This document shows positions 49,654 to 61,752 of a stretch of DNA of 64,000 bases, one piece after another. This stretch comes from Eledone cirrhosa (lineage: Eukaryota). Numbering within the stretch: position 1 is the first letter of the stretch; every line of letters starts with the position of its first letter. The position numbers and the translations under genes are program-made. The DNA is taken from the NCBI GenBank assembly GCA_964016885.1, contig OZ024740.1, positions 78,988,001-79,052,000 of the forward strand. The letters run 5' to 3'. The notes beneath the pieces are model-generated. The model was not told the DNA's origin, ran no database searches, and saw only the letters and a program-made list of their open reading frames with translations.

Positions 49654-49984
49654 ATATGTGTGTGTGTGTGCATGTATGTATGTATGTATATGTGTGTGTG
49701 TCCTCCCTTGTCTTAACTTTGGATGCCTTTACTGTTTCTGATGTCTCAGGGAAGAATCACTGGACAGATTTTACAGGCAAAATCAACTGGCAGGAGACCC
49801 AGGGGTAAACCTCGAGCAAGATGGTTCGATAACATCCATGAGCTTGGCTGGTCTTACTTATGGATCCTGCCGGATCAGTTGAAAATGCTTGCTTCTGACA
49901 GTACTCGCAGGAAAGAATGTTTGAGGACTTTGCCCCTATGATCCTCTCAGGCGAATAAGGAGGAGGAGGAGAACAACAGCAACA

Positions 49985-50021
<37 letters not shown>

Positions 50022-50334
50022 AGTTTGTGCATAGAGGTCAATACACTTGACTGTTCCTTTCCTCCCAAATTGCTGGCTTTGGGCCTAATTGGAAAACCAA
50101 TATTTGTGGTGGTAGATTAGCTGAATAGTTAGAGCATCAGATAAAATGCTTCATTGTATTTGTTCCAGTTCTTTATGTTATGAGTTCAAATCCTGCCAAG
50201 GTCAACTTTACTTTTCTTCCTTCCAAGGTCTACAAAAAAAGTACCTGTCAAATGCTAGGGTCTGTATAATCAACTTTCCTTTCCTCCAAAATCTGTTGGC
50301 TTAGTACCAAAATTAGAAACCATTATTATTGTCA

Positions 50335-50713
50335 GCGGTGAATTGGCAGTATCGGTAGAGGGTCGGACACCATGCTTTCCAGCATACTTACATCCCTTTA
50401 CGGTCTGAGTTCAAATCCTGTCGAGGTTAACTTTGCCTTTCATCCTTACCGGGTCGATAAAATAAAGTACCAGTAATGAACTGGGTAATTGCTGGACTTG
50501 TGCCTAACGTAGAAACAATTATTATTGTCAGGTGGATTGGCAGTATCAGTAGAGGGTCGGACACCATGCTTTGACGCATGGAGTTACGGGTCTTGCCATT
50601 CTGAGTTCAAATCCCGCCGAGGTTAACTTTGCCTTTCATCCTTACGGGGTCGATAAAATAAAGTACCAGTAATGTACTGGGTAATTGCTGGCCTTGTGTC
50701 TAACGTAGAAACA
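50335..50713 (+). mobile_element. Head-to-tail pair of SINE family A copies
   Basis: Copies at 50335-50517 and 50531-50713; ATTATTATTGTCA at 50322, 50518 and 50714. Confidence 0.92.
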
Positions 50714-51602
50714 ATTATTATTGTCAACTTTACCTTTCATCCTTAGAGAGTCGATAAAATAACGCAGGAGTAACACACTGGGGCCGATTTAATCAACTTT
50801 CTCCTCCCGCCAAAATTGTTGGCTTTGTGGCTAAATCAAAATCCCAGTATTTTATTCATACCTTCAGTAGAAAGGATACATGTAGGTTTTGACTTCAAAT
50901 TTGAGGATTAAAAAAATGTCATACACACAAAAAAAAGATTTTTTCAAATATTAAGTGTCAGAAAGAAAATCATCCATTTTAAAGGGTTCTATCTTTTAGT
51001 ATAAGTTGACATTAGAACTTTTTGTTGTGTTACAAATACAATCTTAATGAAATAATAAATAATTTCAATAAATTCTTCTAAATTCTTAATTAAAATGCAA
51101 TATATTTCATTAGAAATATGATCATGAAAGGGCTGATGAAGAATCTATCGAAACATCATATATATGTTCACATAAAAATCATTGTTTCATTTTTTTTTAG
51201 TTAGGAAGGAAATTAAAAATGTGTACCCTATGAAACAACAACCCCACTATACCTACTTACACACACACACACCTGTTTCATGCTGAATTCATTAAATTGG
51301 TTCTTTAGAGATAAGACAACTATGTCTCTAATAACCTCCCTAGCTTCACACAGCACGAAGTAAAGTTTTACAAACTGCTAATCCAGTTGTTTCCTTTACC
51401 AAACCAGTTTGTCTCCAACTACTCACACTATCTACAGCTGCTGCTGTCAGTGGTCAAAGCAATCTCAGCCACTCTAAGAATCTTTACAATAATGTCAGGC
51501 CTTATACACAACTACTTCATTATTCTAGTCTGTTTTCCTCTGCTAATAATCCCCCAACGTCATAAAGAAGGTATGTATTCTCACTCTTATCTTTATTATA
51601 TT

Positions 51603-51778
51603 GTATTGGTAGAGGTCCGATGCCATGCTTTGCAGCAAAAAGTTACGGCCCTTTATGGTCTGAGGTCAAATCCCGCCGAGGTTAACTTTGCCTTTCATCC
51701 TTACAGGTTCGATAAAATAAAGTACCAGTAATGCACTGGGATAATTCCTGGCCTTGTGCCAAAAGTGGAAACAATTAT
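51603..51778 (+). mobile_element. SINE family A
   Basis: Matches the family consensus, slightly 5'-truncated. Confidence 0.85.
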
Positions 51779-52342
51779 ATTAAATATGGTGGATTGAAAG
51801 AATTGTTAGAGCATTAGACAAATACATTGACAGTATTTGTTCTGGTTCTTCACATTCTAAGTTCAAATCATCTTTCCAAGATCACTAAAATGAAGTACCA
51901 GTCAAGTATTGGGGGTTATATATAATTGATTTTCCCCTTCACTCCCAAAATTTCTGGCCTTTTGTGCTTGAATTAAAAACCATTATCTGTGTTATGAGGG
52001 TGATGGATTGAGGGAAATGTTAGAACACTGGATATGCTTTGGCAGTATTTGTTCTAGCTCTTCACATTCTCAGTTGAAATCCTGCCATGGTCAACTTTGC
52101 CTTTCTGGGGTTAATAAAACAAAGTATCGTCTATAGTGTTTGTAACCTACACCACACAATGGACCTTTGCAAGATACTCTACCTATTAATGTTACTGTGT
52201 CTAGAACACTAACATCATTATCTACATTATTGGGATGTCACTATCATTTTTTTATATTTACTTTATTTAAATTACATTTTTTTTTAAAATTATAAAACAT
52301 GTTGTTTATGTAATGTATGTATGTACATATATATATATGTGC

Positions 52343-52376
<34 letters not shown>

Positions 52377-52914
52377 ATGTATATATATATATATATGTGT
52401 GTGTGTGTATGTATATATATATATATATGTGTGTGTGTATATATGTATATATATGTGTGTGTATATATATATATATATTTCGATAAAACATGTATCAAAC
52501 TTTAAAAAATAAAAGAAATACTGGAGTCAATATGGTTGACTAAATCCTTTCAGAACTGTGCTCCAGCATGGTCACAGTCTAATCACTGAAAAAAAGAAAG
52601 CAAACACAAAAAAAAACAATACTTCTCATTTATTCAATAGATATCTCTTTAATACTGTTTATCTGAAATAACAACAGAATAAGCTGGCTTAACATGTTTA
52701 ATTGTCAAATTAATCCACAAAGCTTTCTTCATTAACATTTTTTTTAAATAATCAAAGATTAAAATAAAGTCCAGATAAGTTGGTGTTAACATATGCAATT
52801 CTAGGAACATAAAAATGATAATAAAGCAAATTTTATGAGATGAAAAAAAACAATATTAGCCAATCAATTACCATCATTACTATGTCCACTTTTCCCTATT
52901 GGCATGGAATAGAT

Positions 52915-53073
52915 CAGTGATGGGCAAACTGGCCTGTGAGCTGCATGCAGCCCATTTGGCTTTCTAAATGCTACGCCTAATTTCAATATTGTCTTGAATT
53001 TTTTAGTACGGCCTGCCTTATGATGAGCCACATCCTATGGGGCCCACTGCTTGAAAAAGGTTGCCCGTGTCTG
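52915..53073. mobile_element. hAT MITE
   Basis: CAGTGATGGGCAAACT...AGGTTGCCCGTGTCTG with perfect 8-bp TSD GAATAGAT. Confidence 0.9.
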
Positions 53074-53169
53074 GAATAGATACTAAAGTATTTGTTTCAT
53101 TGAACTTCATATATCAAACCACTCAGTTGAGGGATATACTGTTTATGCAGGACATATATAGATTTTATC

Positions 53170-53587
53170 ACTGCCCAAAAGCACCCAGCCCGGCCTGTAA
53201 GGTGGTCATGTTGGTGACACGACAAAAAGAACCCAATCCACTCTGTAAGGCGGTCGTGTTGGTGACACAACAAACAGCACCTGATCCACTCTGTAAGGTA
53301 GGCACACTGATGACATGACAAAAAGAACCTGCTCCACCATGTAAGGTGGTCATGCTGGTGATATGAGGAAAAAGTACCCAGTCTAACCTGTCACTTGTTT
53401 GTTTTGGACTATGACAAAAAATCACCCAGTTCACACTGTAAATTTGGTTGACATAAGGAAGGGCATCCAGCTGTAGAAATCAAGCCAGAAACAGTTCTGT
53501 ATGAGCAAGTCACAGTCATCTGATATAACAATGTGACAACTTCTCTAATCCATGCTAGTGTGGAAAATAGACATTAAATGTTGATGG
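53170..53587 (+). mobile_element. RTE-tail-sharing repeat (family C) with ~55-bp internal subrepeats
   Basis: (aaaagcacccag.cc..ctgtaaggtggtcatg.tggtg)n, then aggaagggcatccagctgtagaaatc...catgctag.gtggaaaatagacattaaatg; relatives at 47320-47533, 59095-59495, 60527-60790, 62170-62545. Confidence 0.8.
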
Positions 53588-54045
53588 TGTGTATAGATAT
53601 ATATATACATACCTTATATATATACATACCTTATATATATACATACCTTATATATATATAAAATAATAAAATAAGATGCTGAGGTTACATATATTGTTGA
53701 AGCATAATAATTATTTCTACGGTTCTCCATGCAATCGAGATGTCCTTCATGCATTTGCTGTTGATTATGAGAATGGTTTCCTCAGATAGAGCATTGGCCT
53801 TGCAATCGAAAGGTAGTGAGTTCAATTCTCAGACCGGGTGATGTGTTGTTTCCTTGAGCAAGACATTTTATTTCACATTGCTCCAGTTTACTCAGCTGTA
53901 GAAATGAGATGATAGGGACTGGGGTCCCTATCATTCCACTGCAAAGTGGTCGTGGAGGTGCCACGGCAAAAAAGCACCCAGCACTCACTGTAAATGAGGT
54001 TGGTGTTAGGAAGGGCATCCAGCTGTAGAAATCATGTGCCCTCAC

Positions 54046-54364
54046 CATATATATATATATATACCATATATATATATACCATATATATATATATATGGCC
54101 TTGCAATCAAAAGGTAGTGAGTTCAATTCTCAGACCGGGTGATGTGTTGTTTCCTTGAGCAAGACACTTTATTTCAGATTGCCCCAGTTTACTCAGCTGT
54201 AGAAATGAGATGATAGGGACTGGGGTCCATATTACATTGGTATATATATATACCATATATATATATATATATATGGTATATATATATATATATATATGGT
54301 ATATATATATATATATATATATATATACCATATATATATATATATGGTATATATATATATGTAT

Positions 54365-54397
<33 letters not shown>

Positions 54398-54416
54398 TAT
54401 ATATATATATATATAT

Positions 54417-54482
<66 letters not shown>

Positions 54483-54587
54483 ATATATATATATATATAT
54501 ATATACCATATATATATATATATACCATATATATATATATATATATACCATATATATATATATATATATACCATATATATATATATA

Positions 54588-54622
<35 letters not shown>

Positions 54623-54735
54623 ATATATATATATATATATATACCATATATATATATATATATATACCATATATATATATATATATATATACCATATATA
54701 TATATATATATATACCATATATATATATATATATA

Positions 54736-54778
<43 letters not shown>

Positions 54779-54799
54779 ATATATATATATATATATATA

Positions 54800-54856
<57 letters not shown>

Positions 54857-54889
54857 CTATATATATATATATATATACATACCATATAC
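54046..54889. repeat. Long (TA)n microsatellite punctuated by TGG/CCA, interleaved with a duplicated SINE segment
   Basis: TA runs broken mainly by 'tgg' (54238-54420) and then by 'cca' (54480-54885); 53794-53930 is duplicated at 54096-54230. Confidence 0.95.
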
Positions 54890-55025
54890 CGATGTAATAT
54901 TATGGAGAGCACTCAACGTAATGAAACTCACCCGTCTTCGTTTGTTTAGTTGGTGGTGCGAGTACGGAGTTAATTATTATAAAAAACAGGAGGTTGGACT
55001 GGTGTAATTCCTTAAAAGGTTTATT

Positions 55026-55083
55026 ATACTATGATCATTTCACTGACCGGATTCAGTATGAATCCGGTGACATCATCAGGTAT
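55026..55083 (-). ncRNA. Minimal type I hammerhead ribozyme motif with extended stem II
   Basis: Minus strand: AUAC-CUGAUGA-UGUC-ACCGGAUUCA-UAC-UGAAUCCGGU-CAGU-GAAA-UGAUCA-UA|GUAU; palindromic loop III. Confidence 0.7.
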
Positions 55084-55329
55084 TCAAAATATAACAAAGG
55101 AATATAATAGACAAAATCCATGGGGCTGAAAATCAGAGACATGAGGGCGACCGAACATTTAGCAGCTTCTATCCCGGTCGTCCGCTCTCAAGGGTTGGGA
55201 ACCACTATTGTAAAGTATGATGTGAAGTGACATTTGACAGCTGTTTATAGCAGGTTGAGCAAACCTGTAAAGGCCCCCTTATTGTTTCTTGGTTTCGTTG
55301 ATGTTTTTGTCAGGGGATAAATCAGTGTA

Positions 55330-55720
55330 GATATTTTTGTAGTCAGTAGTTTCATCCAAAGGATCAGATGTGATAGCCTTTCAGGGCCTACCCAGATCAG
55401 AGAGATGGGAGAAGGTTTTAAAGATAATTTGATAAGAGTATTGTGGGTTAATATTCAATTTTAAATCTTTGAATGCCAATGGAGTATGTAGTATAATGGG
55501 AAGGGAGATTCCAGATGGCAAGTAGTTTCAAAATAAAACAGAATTGGGGTAAGAGAGCTTTGAAGAATAGTGGTGATAGGAAATATTAATAACAGAGATG
55601 TGAATGTAATAAGGTGAAAAGTTAGAAGTAAATGTGTGTTTGGGGATAGGGGTAGAGGTATGTTTAGCATTGTACACTTTAATAAAAACCCCACTTTAAC
55701 CAACTGAGCCAAAATGATGT
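55330..55720 (-). pseudogene. Decayed Penelope-like RT fragment
   Basis: IPLPLSPNTHLLLTF (cf. LPxNTLLVTxDVxSL) and a downstream LTHN remnant; lies upstream of the 55026 hammerhead on the same strand. Confidence 0.35.
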
Positions 55721-56299
55721 AGAATTTAGTCTATAACATCTAAATTGGGTGGAGTTTCTAAATTGAATGTTCACATCATCAATCTCACAGTTATGTGTCA
55801 ACTAGTGAAGTAATAGAGATTTGTGTGGGTGTATCAAATATTTCACTTCAACAAGCCTTATCTCAATCATACTTCAAACTTGCCATCTGGGGGCAGTTAA
55901 TGATACCTTCTAGTTTCGTTATCTTTACATGTAAGACATCTGATAGGTACTAGTATTGAAAATACGGCTTCATTTATATATATATATATATATGTATATA
56001 TTATTTGAAATAGAATTATTAATATAAGATAACTCCAATCACATATGTGCATAAATATATATATATACATATATATGTATGTATGTTTGTATATATGTTT
56101 GTGTGTATGTGTATGTATATATATATGTATATGTCATCATCATTATTTTACGCCCGCTTTTCCCTGCTTGCAAGGGTGGGACGGGTCCTATTCAGCACAG
56201 CATCTCTCCACTTGTCACGGTTCTTCGCCATCTCCTCCGTGAGCTTCAGCAATCTGAGGTCTGCTCTCACTACCACCGCCCATATTTAAATATATACAC

Positions 56300-56340
<41 letters not shown>

Positions 56341-56423
56341 AATACTTATATACATATCATCATCACCATCATCATCATCGTTTAACGTACATTTTCGATG
56401 CTAGCATGGGTTAAACTTTCCAG

Positions 56424-57035
56424 TTGAGAGATATCCACACGATTATCGTTCTCTTCTCTACTTTTGCCTCACCTCACCTTGAATACTGTTGTCCACTGTG
56501 GTCTCCCCACATGAAACAAAGTATCATGAAAATGGAAGCACCTCAAAGGTCAATCACAAAAAAGATAGATGGCATGACAGGCCTTGACTACTGGGATCGA
56601 CTAGAAAAGTTGAAACTCTGTTCTCTCCAACATTATCTGCATGATGTGAAAAATATTCTATCAGCATTGCCCAAATGATGTTTGCATCACCTTTAAAGTA
56701 CACCTAAGGCGTGGGCCCTGTGCTATCTGCCCACAACAAAAATCAAACTCGCATCTCATAACAACATTAAGGCACAATTATTTCACCTCAATTGGCCCCA
56801 CTCTCTTTAACATTACACCAAAACACATTAAAACAGAAACAGACCCCATAAAATTCTTTGGACAAATTCTTTTAAAAAATCCTGGATGAACCTCCCACAC
56901 CCAGATATGTTTTCGTAAACAATAACTCTCAATAACTTGAGTGGGCCATGATGTCCAAATCCTGATTTGAAAGACTTCGCCAGGTGGTGCCATTAAGTTA
57001 GACATGGCCTGGGCCAATACTGGCCGAAACCTATC
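56424..57035 (+). mobile_element. CR1/L2-group LINE C-terminal fragment
   Basis: PHLEYCCPLWSPH...MEAPQRSITKKIDGMTGLDYWDRLEKLKL. Confidence 0.85.
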
Positions 57036-57467
57036 AAAGTTATATATATACATATTCTTTGTTTGAAGGCACCAGAACCCACCCACACCTCTTCCTCTGT
57101 CAGTAGGGACAATTCTATCAGTAGGGACAATTCTGTCAGGCCTGCATGTTAAGTCACACAAGAAAGCCAGGAGTTAGACTTAGCTGCCAGAGGTTATTTG
57201 AGGCACTATTTATACAGGGAGCTCATCCCCACTACCACCCCTTGGAATATGTATATATGTATATATGTTATAGTGCACCTGAGCACTTTACACAATAATT
57301 TCATTATTATCATTATTATATATGCATATAAGCAAAGAGATATTTAATTTGTTGGTTATTCAACAAATTTATTTATTTATAACAGATTCGAAGCACTTTA
57401 CAAAATTCTTATGGAGTATAATATCAATGATAATAATAAATGGAAACTATCTTTATAAAACCATATT

Positions 57468-57528
57468 TATTTTATTATATATATTTCAAGGGTACCAAAA
57501 TGTTGGTACGCTTTCATCAGATAAAATA
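57468..57528 (-). ncRNA. Minimal type I hammerhead ribozyme, best-preserved copy
   Basis: Minus strand: UAUUUUAU-CUGAUGA-AAGCGUACCAA-CAUU-UUGGUACCCUU-GAAA-UAUAUA-UA|AUAAAAUA; 8-bp stem I, 10/11-bp stem II, palindromic loop III. Confidence 0.85.
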
Positions 57529-57569
57529 CAAAAGTTGTTTATATGCATATATATATATTATGATGACAC

Positions 57570-57960
57570 AGCTGCACAGGGTAGGGTATATCTCCAGAAT
57601 GGCAAACTATCTTTTGTCTCTTAGTCTGTTCAGCCCTTACTCTAAGGTCACTGATAACTAATCTACAATGATAGGTAGATTCTTCACCAGGGAAGGCCTT
57701 TACAACCATTTGTCTATCATGTTTTTTGGTGAGAATGAAATCGGTTTGGCTTGTATGCTCCTCTGATTGGTAGGTAATCAGGTGGCTGACTGGTTTCCTG
57801 AAGTTTGTGTTACAAATGGTTAGATCATATATATCACAGAACTCCAGAAGCCTAGAGCCCTCCTCATTTCTTGTCCCATACCCTGTACACACTGGGAAAG
57901 TCATTGAAGTTATCAGACACAATAATGAGATCACTGTCATTTGTCGTTGAGGTAGTCTGT
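57570..57960 (-). mobile_element. RTE apurinic-like endonuclease fragment
   Basis: GYGTRNEEGSRLLEFC...CNTNFRKPVSHLITYQS...QTDFIL. Confidence 0.85.
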
Positions 57961-58629
57961 AGGTTTTTTTAAAGTCAGATTTACCATTTTTTAAATCAGT
58001 GATGCAAATATACTAAAATATAGGTCTGTATTCAAGGTCTTATTCCTTATTTTCAGCATATGAGTGGATATATCAGCATGTAAAGGAGTATGCTGTATCT
58101 TTAAAAATAGTTCTGATAGGATAAAATGATGGTATATTTGGAATCAATAGGCTCAAATATACCCAAGGATAGGTCTAACTTCTTAGGTAGCAAAATGTGT
58201 GATGGTCAGTGTAATACACCCAGGTCAGTTATGAAGCATAGTCTAATGCAAAGCTGTTAATAGGCTCAGGTCAAATATAAAATGTAGGCCCCCAAAGATG
58301 GTAACATTCCCACGTCAGATGGTAAATATAGGCCCCAGCTTTAATTGCTTGTTAAGTATATTAGTATTAAGTGCTAAGAATATATATTATCTATGTATGG
58401 GTTACAGGTATGTATATATAGTAAACAGGATGTACTTACAAGTAAAAGAACAGAAAGTTGAGGGAAGTAGGCACCCTCAAAATCATAGGCCCATACCAGC
58501 TGACCGACCTGAACTCCACTCTTTAATGTGGTCTGCTAATAACAATTCCTCCACTTGTATTTTCTATTTCTCTGTCATTTCAAAACATTCTTGTACAACA
58601 AATAAATGTTATAGTTTCTTTTGTTTTAG

Positions 58630-58992
58630 TTAAAGTGGAACTTTCTGTTGTGCCAGAGAAACCAGTTATTGGTGTAGACACACTAATGATCCGCTGCCAA
58701 GGTTTGGCAAATTCTTTCCCAGAAAAAATCAACATTTATAGTGTCCTAGTCTTTGCTGTTGATACTGAAACTACTGGAAGGACACTTTTGGTGAATGTTG
58801 AAAAAAACAGAACTACATGGCTTGATCAACAGCTTCAACGTCGGTCTGAAATATCCCACCCCAATGGTGATAATATGGTTATTGAGTTAATAATGACACC
58901 AGTACAATGTTCTGATCAGCGTTTTTACTCATGTTCAATGCAGACATCTTATGGAACTTTTCTGTCAGAAACTAAAAATATCATTTTGGAAG
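58630..58992 (+). CDS. Coding exon: immunoglobulin-like (V-type-like) domain of a cell-surface or secreted IgSF protein
   Basis: ttttgttttAG acceptor, G|GTAAG donor, 363 bp, phase 1/1; LMIRC ... IELIMTPVQCSDQRFYSC (DxxxYxC F-strand motif). Confidence 0.88.
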
Positions 58993-59719
58993 GTAAGAAT
59001 ATAGAAATAAAAACTAGAAATTTACCACTTCATTCTACACATCAATGATCCACTTTCGTTGATTTCACCTGCTTGAAGTATTTTTGCAAGAATTAAGGCA
59101 AACCCACTGGTGCTGGTTCCATGATAAAATGCACCCAATACACTCTAGAAAGTTTTTAGTAAAGGAGACACTGCAGAGTTGAGTGGGCATGACAACTTCT
59201 CTAGTGGTGGTGCCATGATAAAATATACCCAATAAACTCTGTAAAGTGGTTGGTGTTAGGAAGGGCATCCAGCTGTAGAAACTATACCAAAAAATGGAAT
59301 GTATTACTGAAACATGATCCTCTGACTCATCTAAGAGGGTAGAAACTTCAGATAAGAACTGAATTGCCTCATGAGAACCTGTCCAACCTATGCCTGCAGG
59401 ACTGCCCTGGGTAATGTGTCCAACCGATGCCAGCAGGACTGCCCTGGGTAACAACATGTCCAACTCATGCTAGCAGGAAAAGCAAACATAAAATGATTCT
59501 GACTAAATGAAATAGCAACCACTAAAATATCTCACAAATCATACATTACTGTCTTAGAATACATTATCTTGTGTCTTCTTTTTTGAAAGTTATTTTTGTG
59601 TTTAAAATAAGACTAGATAGGATCATGTTTAGTCTCAGGTCTACCTTGGACTACATGGGGTTCAACAAAAACTATAACTACAAAAAAAATACATTTAATA
59701 ATGTCTTCCTAAATACAGT

Positions 59720-60015
59720 GGAGGCAAGTGGCTTAGTGGTAAGGGTGTTGGACTTACGATCATAATGTCATGGGTTCAATTCCTGGGCTGTGTTGCATGT
59801 TGTGTTCTTGAGTAAAACACTTCATTTCCCGTTGTTCCAGTATACTCAACTGAAAATCAATACTAGCAATAGCTGGGGGGGGGGGGGGGGGAGTTTAACC
59901 CTGCGATGAACTGGCATCCTGTGCAGGGGGAGTTTTATATTCTCAGTCACTTCACGCCATGCAACTGGGATAAGCACCGGCCTAACGAGCCTTTGGCTTA
60001 CAACAGACTTTTGAC
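59720..60015 (+). mobile_element. tRNA-derived SINE family B, full length
   Basis: A box TGGCTTAGTGG, B box GGTTCAATTCC, 'cttgagtaaaacactt' core, 'ccctgcgatgaactggcatcctgtgcagggggag' block, agactt tail. Confidence 0.85.
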
Positions 60016-61752
60016 TTAGACTTAAATAGATACAGCTTGAAAGAAAAAACTAATACACCATGGATATTGCCAGGGAAATTTTGATAATATGTCTTCTGGA
60101 TCAAGGCTGACATTGGAAAAAACCACAAAATCAATCCTTGAAGCCTGAAAGCTCTGTATATATAAATTATACATTGTGTTTTTAGTGAAGACTACACATG
60201 AAAGTTAACCTAGTGGCTGGAGTTACTTTGTATTGGAAGAATCAGTAGAATGATTGAGAAACACCTTGTATTTGATTACCAATATTTACATTCATCATCA
60301 TCATCTACTTTCCCACACTGGCATGGGTTGGATGGGAATATTTTGAGGCATTATTCTGTGGTTGAGTGTCTTTCTAGAAACCAACCCTTATTTTGAAGTA
60401 TAATACTTATTTGGCTGATCTTTATCTGTTGAACCACTAAGTTGCAGGATATAAATAAATGGCACCTGTTGTTTAAGCAGTACCAACATTGAAAACATAC
60501 ATGGAGACAAACACATGTATCCATACATCATCATCATCATTGTTTAACATCTATTTTCAATGCTAGCATGGGTTAGATAGGTTGTCCCGCTTGAGTCAGG
60601 TCAGGTGACCGTGTCTTGCTCATACAGAGCTGATTCTGCCAACTACATTTACAGTGTGTGCTGGGTGCTTTTTGTCGTGACTCCTACACAACCACTTTAC
60701 AGTGTCAGCTGGGTGCTTTTTGTCATGACACCTACATGACCACTTTACAGTGTGGGCTGGGTGCTATTTCTTGTGACTCCTACATGACCATTTTTGTCCA
60801 TTTTCCATGCTGGCATGAGCTGGAGAGACATTGTGACTTAAGTCAGTCCTTAATCAAAGTTTCTGCCCTCTACACACACATACATGCTGCTGTCTTTCTG
60901 ATTTTATGAAGGAAATCAGCAGTTCAGTGACTGCAGACACCTGAGGTCTTGACAGTGACCAGTATGAAATGGAAGTAGTCAGTCAAGCCCCAGTATATGT
61001 TTCTTCTTTAAAAAAATAATTGATTGTTTATTTTAAAAATCCTTATTATAGTATTTGTACATATTTGTATAACATAGGCTTTGGATTGTATAGATAATAT
61101 AGTCAACATTATAGTGTAGCTGTTGCTATTTAAGCTCCAGATGAATCCTGATTGAAAATTTATATTAAAAAGGCATTCCAACCATGACAATCCTGTATTG
61201 TTTTTCAGCAACAATATATCTTAGACTACATTATCCAATGTCTTATTTATTTAATGATGTCATGATGTGGTTTGGAAGTTATTTCTAGTATGTTAAGTGA
61301 CCACATTTAAACTAATTCATTGGTTCATATATTATATAGTGGTTACATATCTAGCTTATGGAAGTAGAATTGTTTCAGTAAAACAGACATAAATCCTGAA
61401 AATATTTAAGGTGGTCAATTGACAAAGTCATTAAGGTGATAATATTTGTTCTGGCCATCTGTGCTCTGAGTTCAAATCCCACCAAGGTCCACTTTGCCTT
61501 TATTCCTTTCAAGGTTGATAAAGAAAGTACCAGCACATTGCTAGTGCAGCCCTTTCTTCTTCTAACTGTTAAATGCTGGAAATTCTATTGATTCTGTGTC
61601 ACTGAAAACCCTTATTGAAAATATGACTTGTGTTATCAAGTCTACCAAGTCATCCTTGATTGTGAGTGATGACTGTGGTTTGTAAATATCCCCTGGCATT
61701 CTATACATCTTTGTATAAATGGTTAACCTATCATTTTCTGTGACTATTTCAG

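Noticed and set aside
51133-51165. CTGATGA-AGAATCTATC-GAAAC hammerhead candidate
   Set aside because: Only a 2-bp stem II and no stem I; consistent with chance
54107-55007. Long YI-repeat ORFs (also 52244-52512 and 46710-46934)
   Set aside because: Translations of (TA)n/(TG)n microsatellites
59720-59790. tRNA gene
   Set aside because: A/B boxes are present but there is no full cloverleaf and it continues into a SINE body
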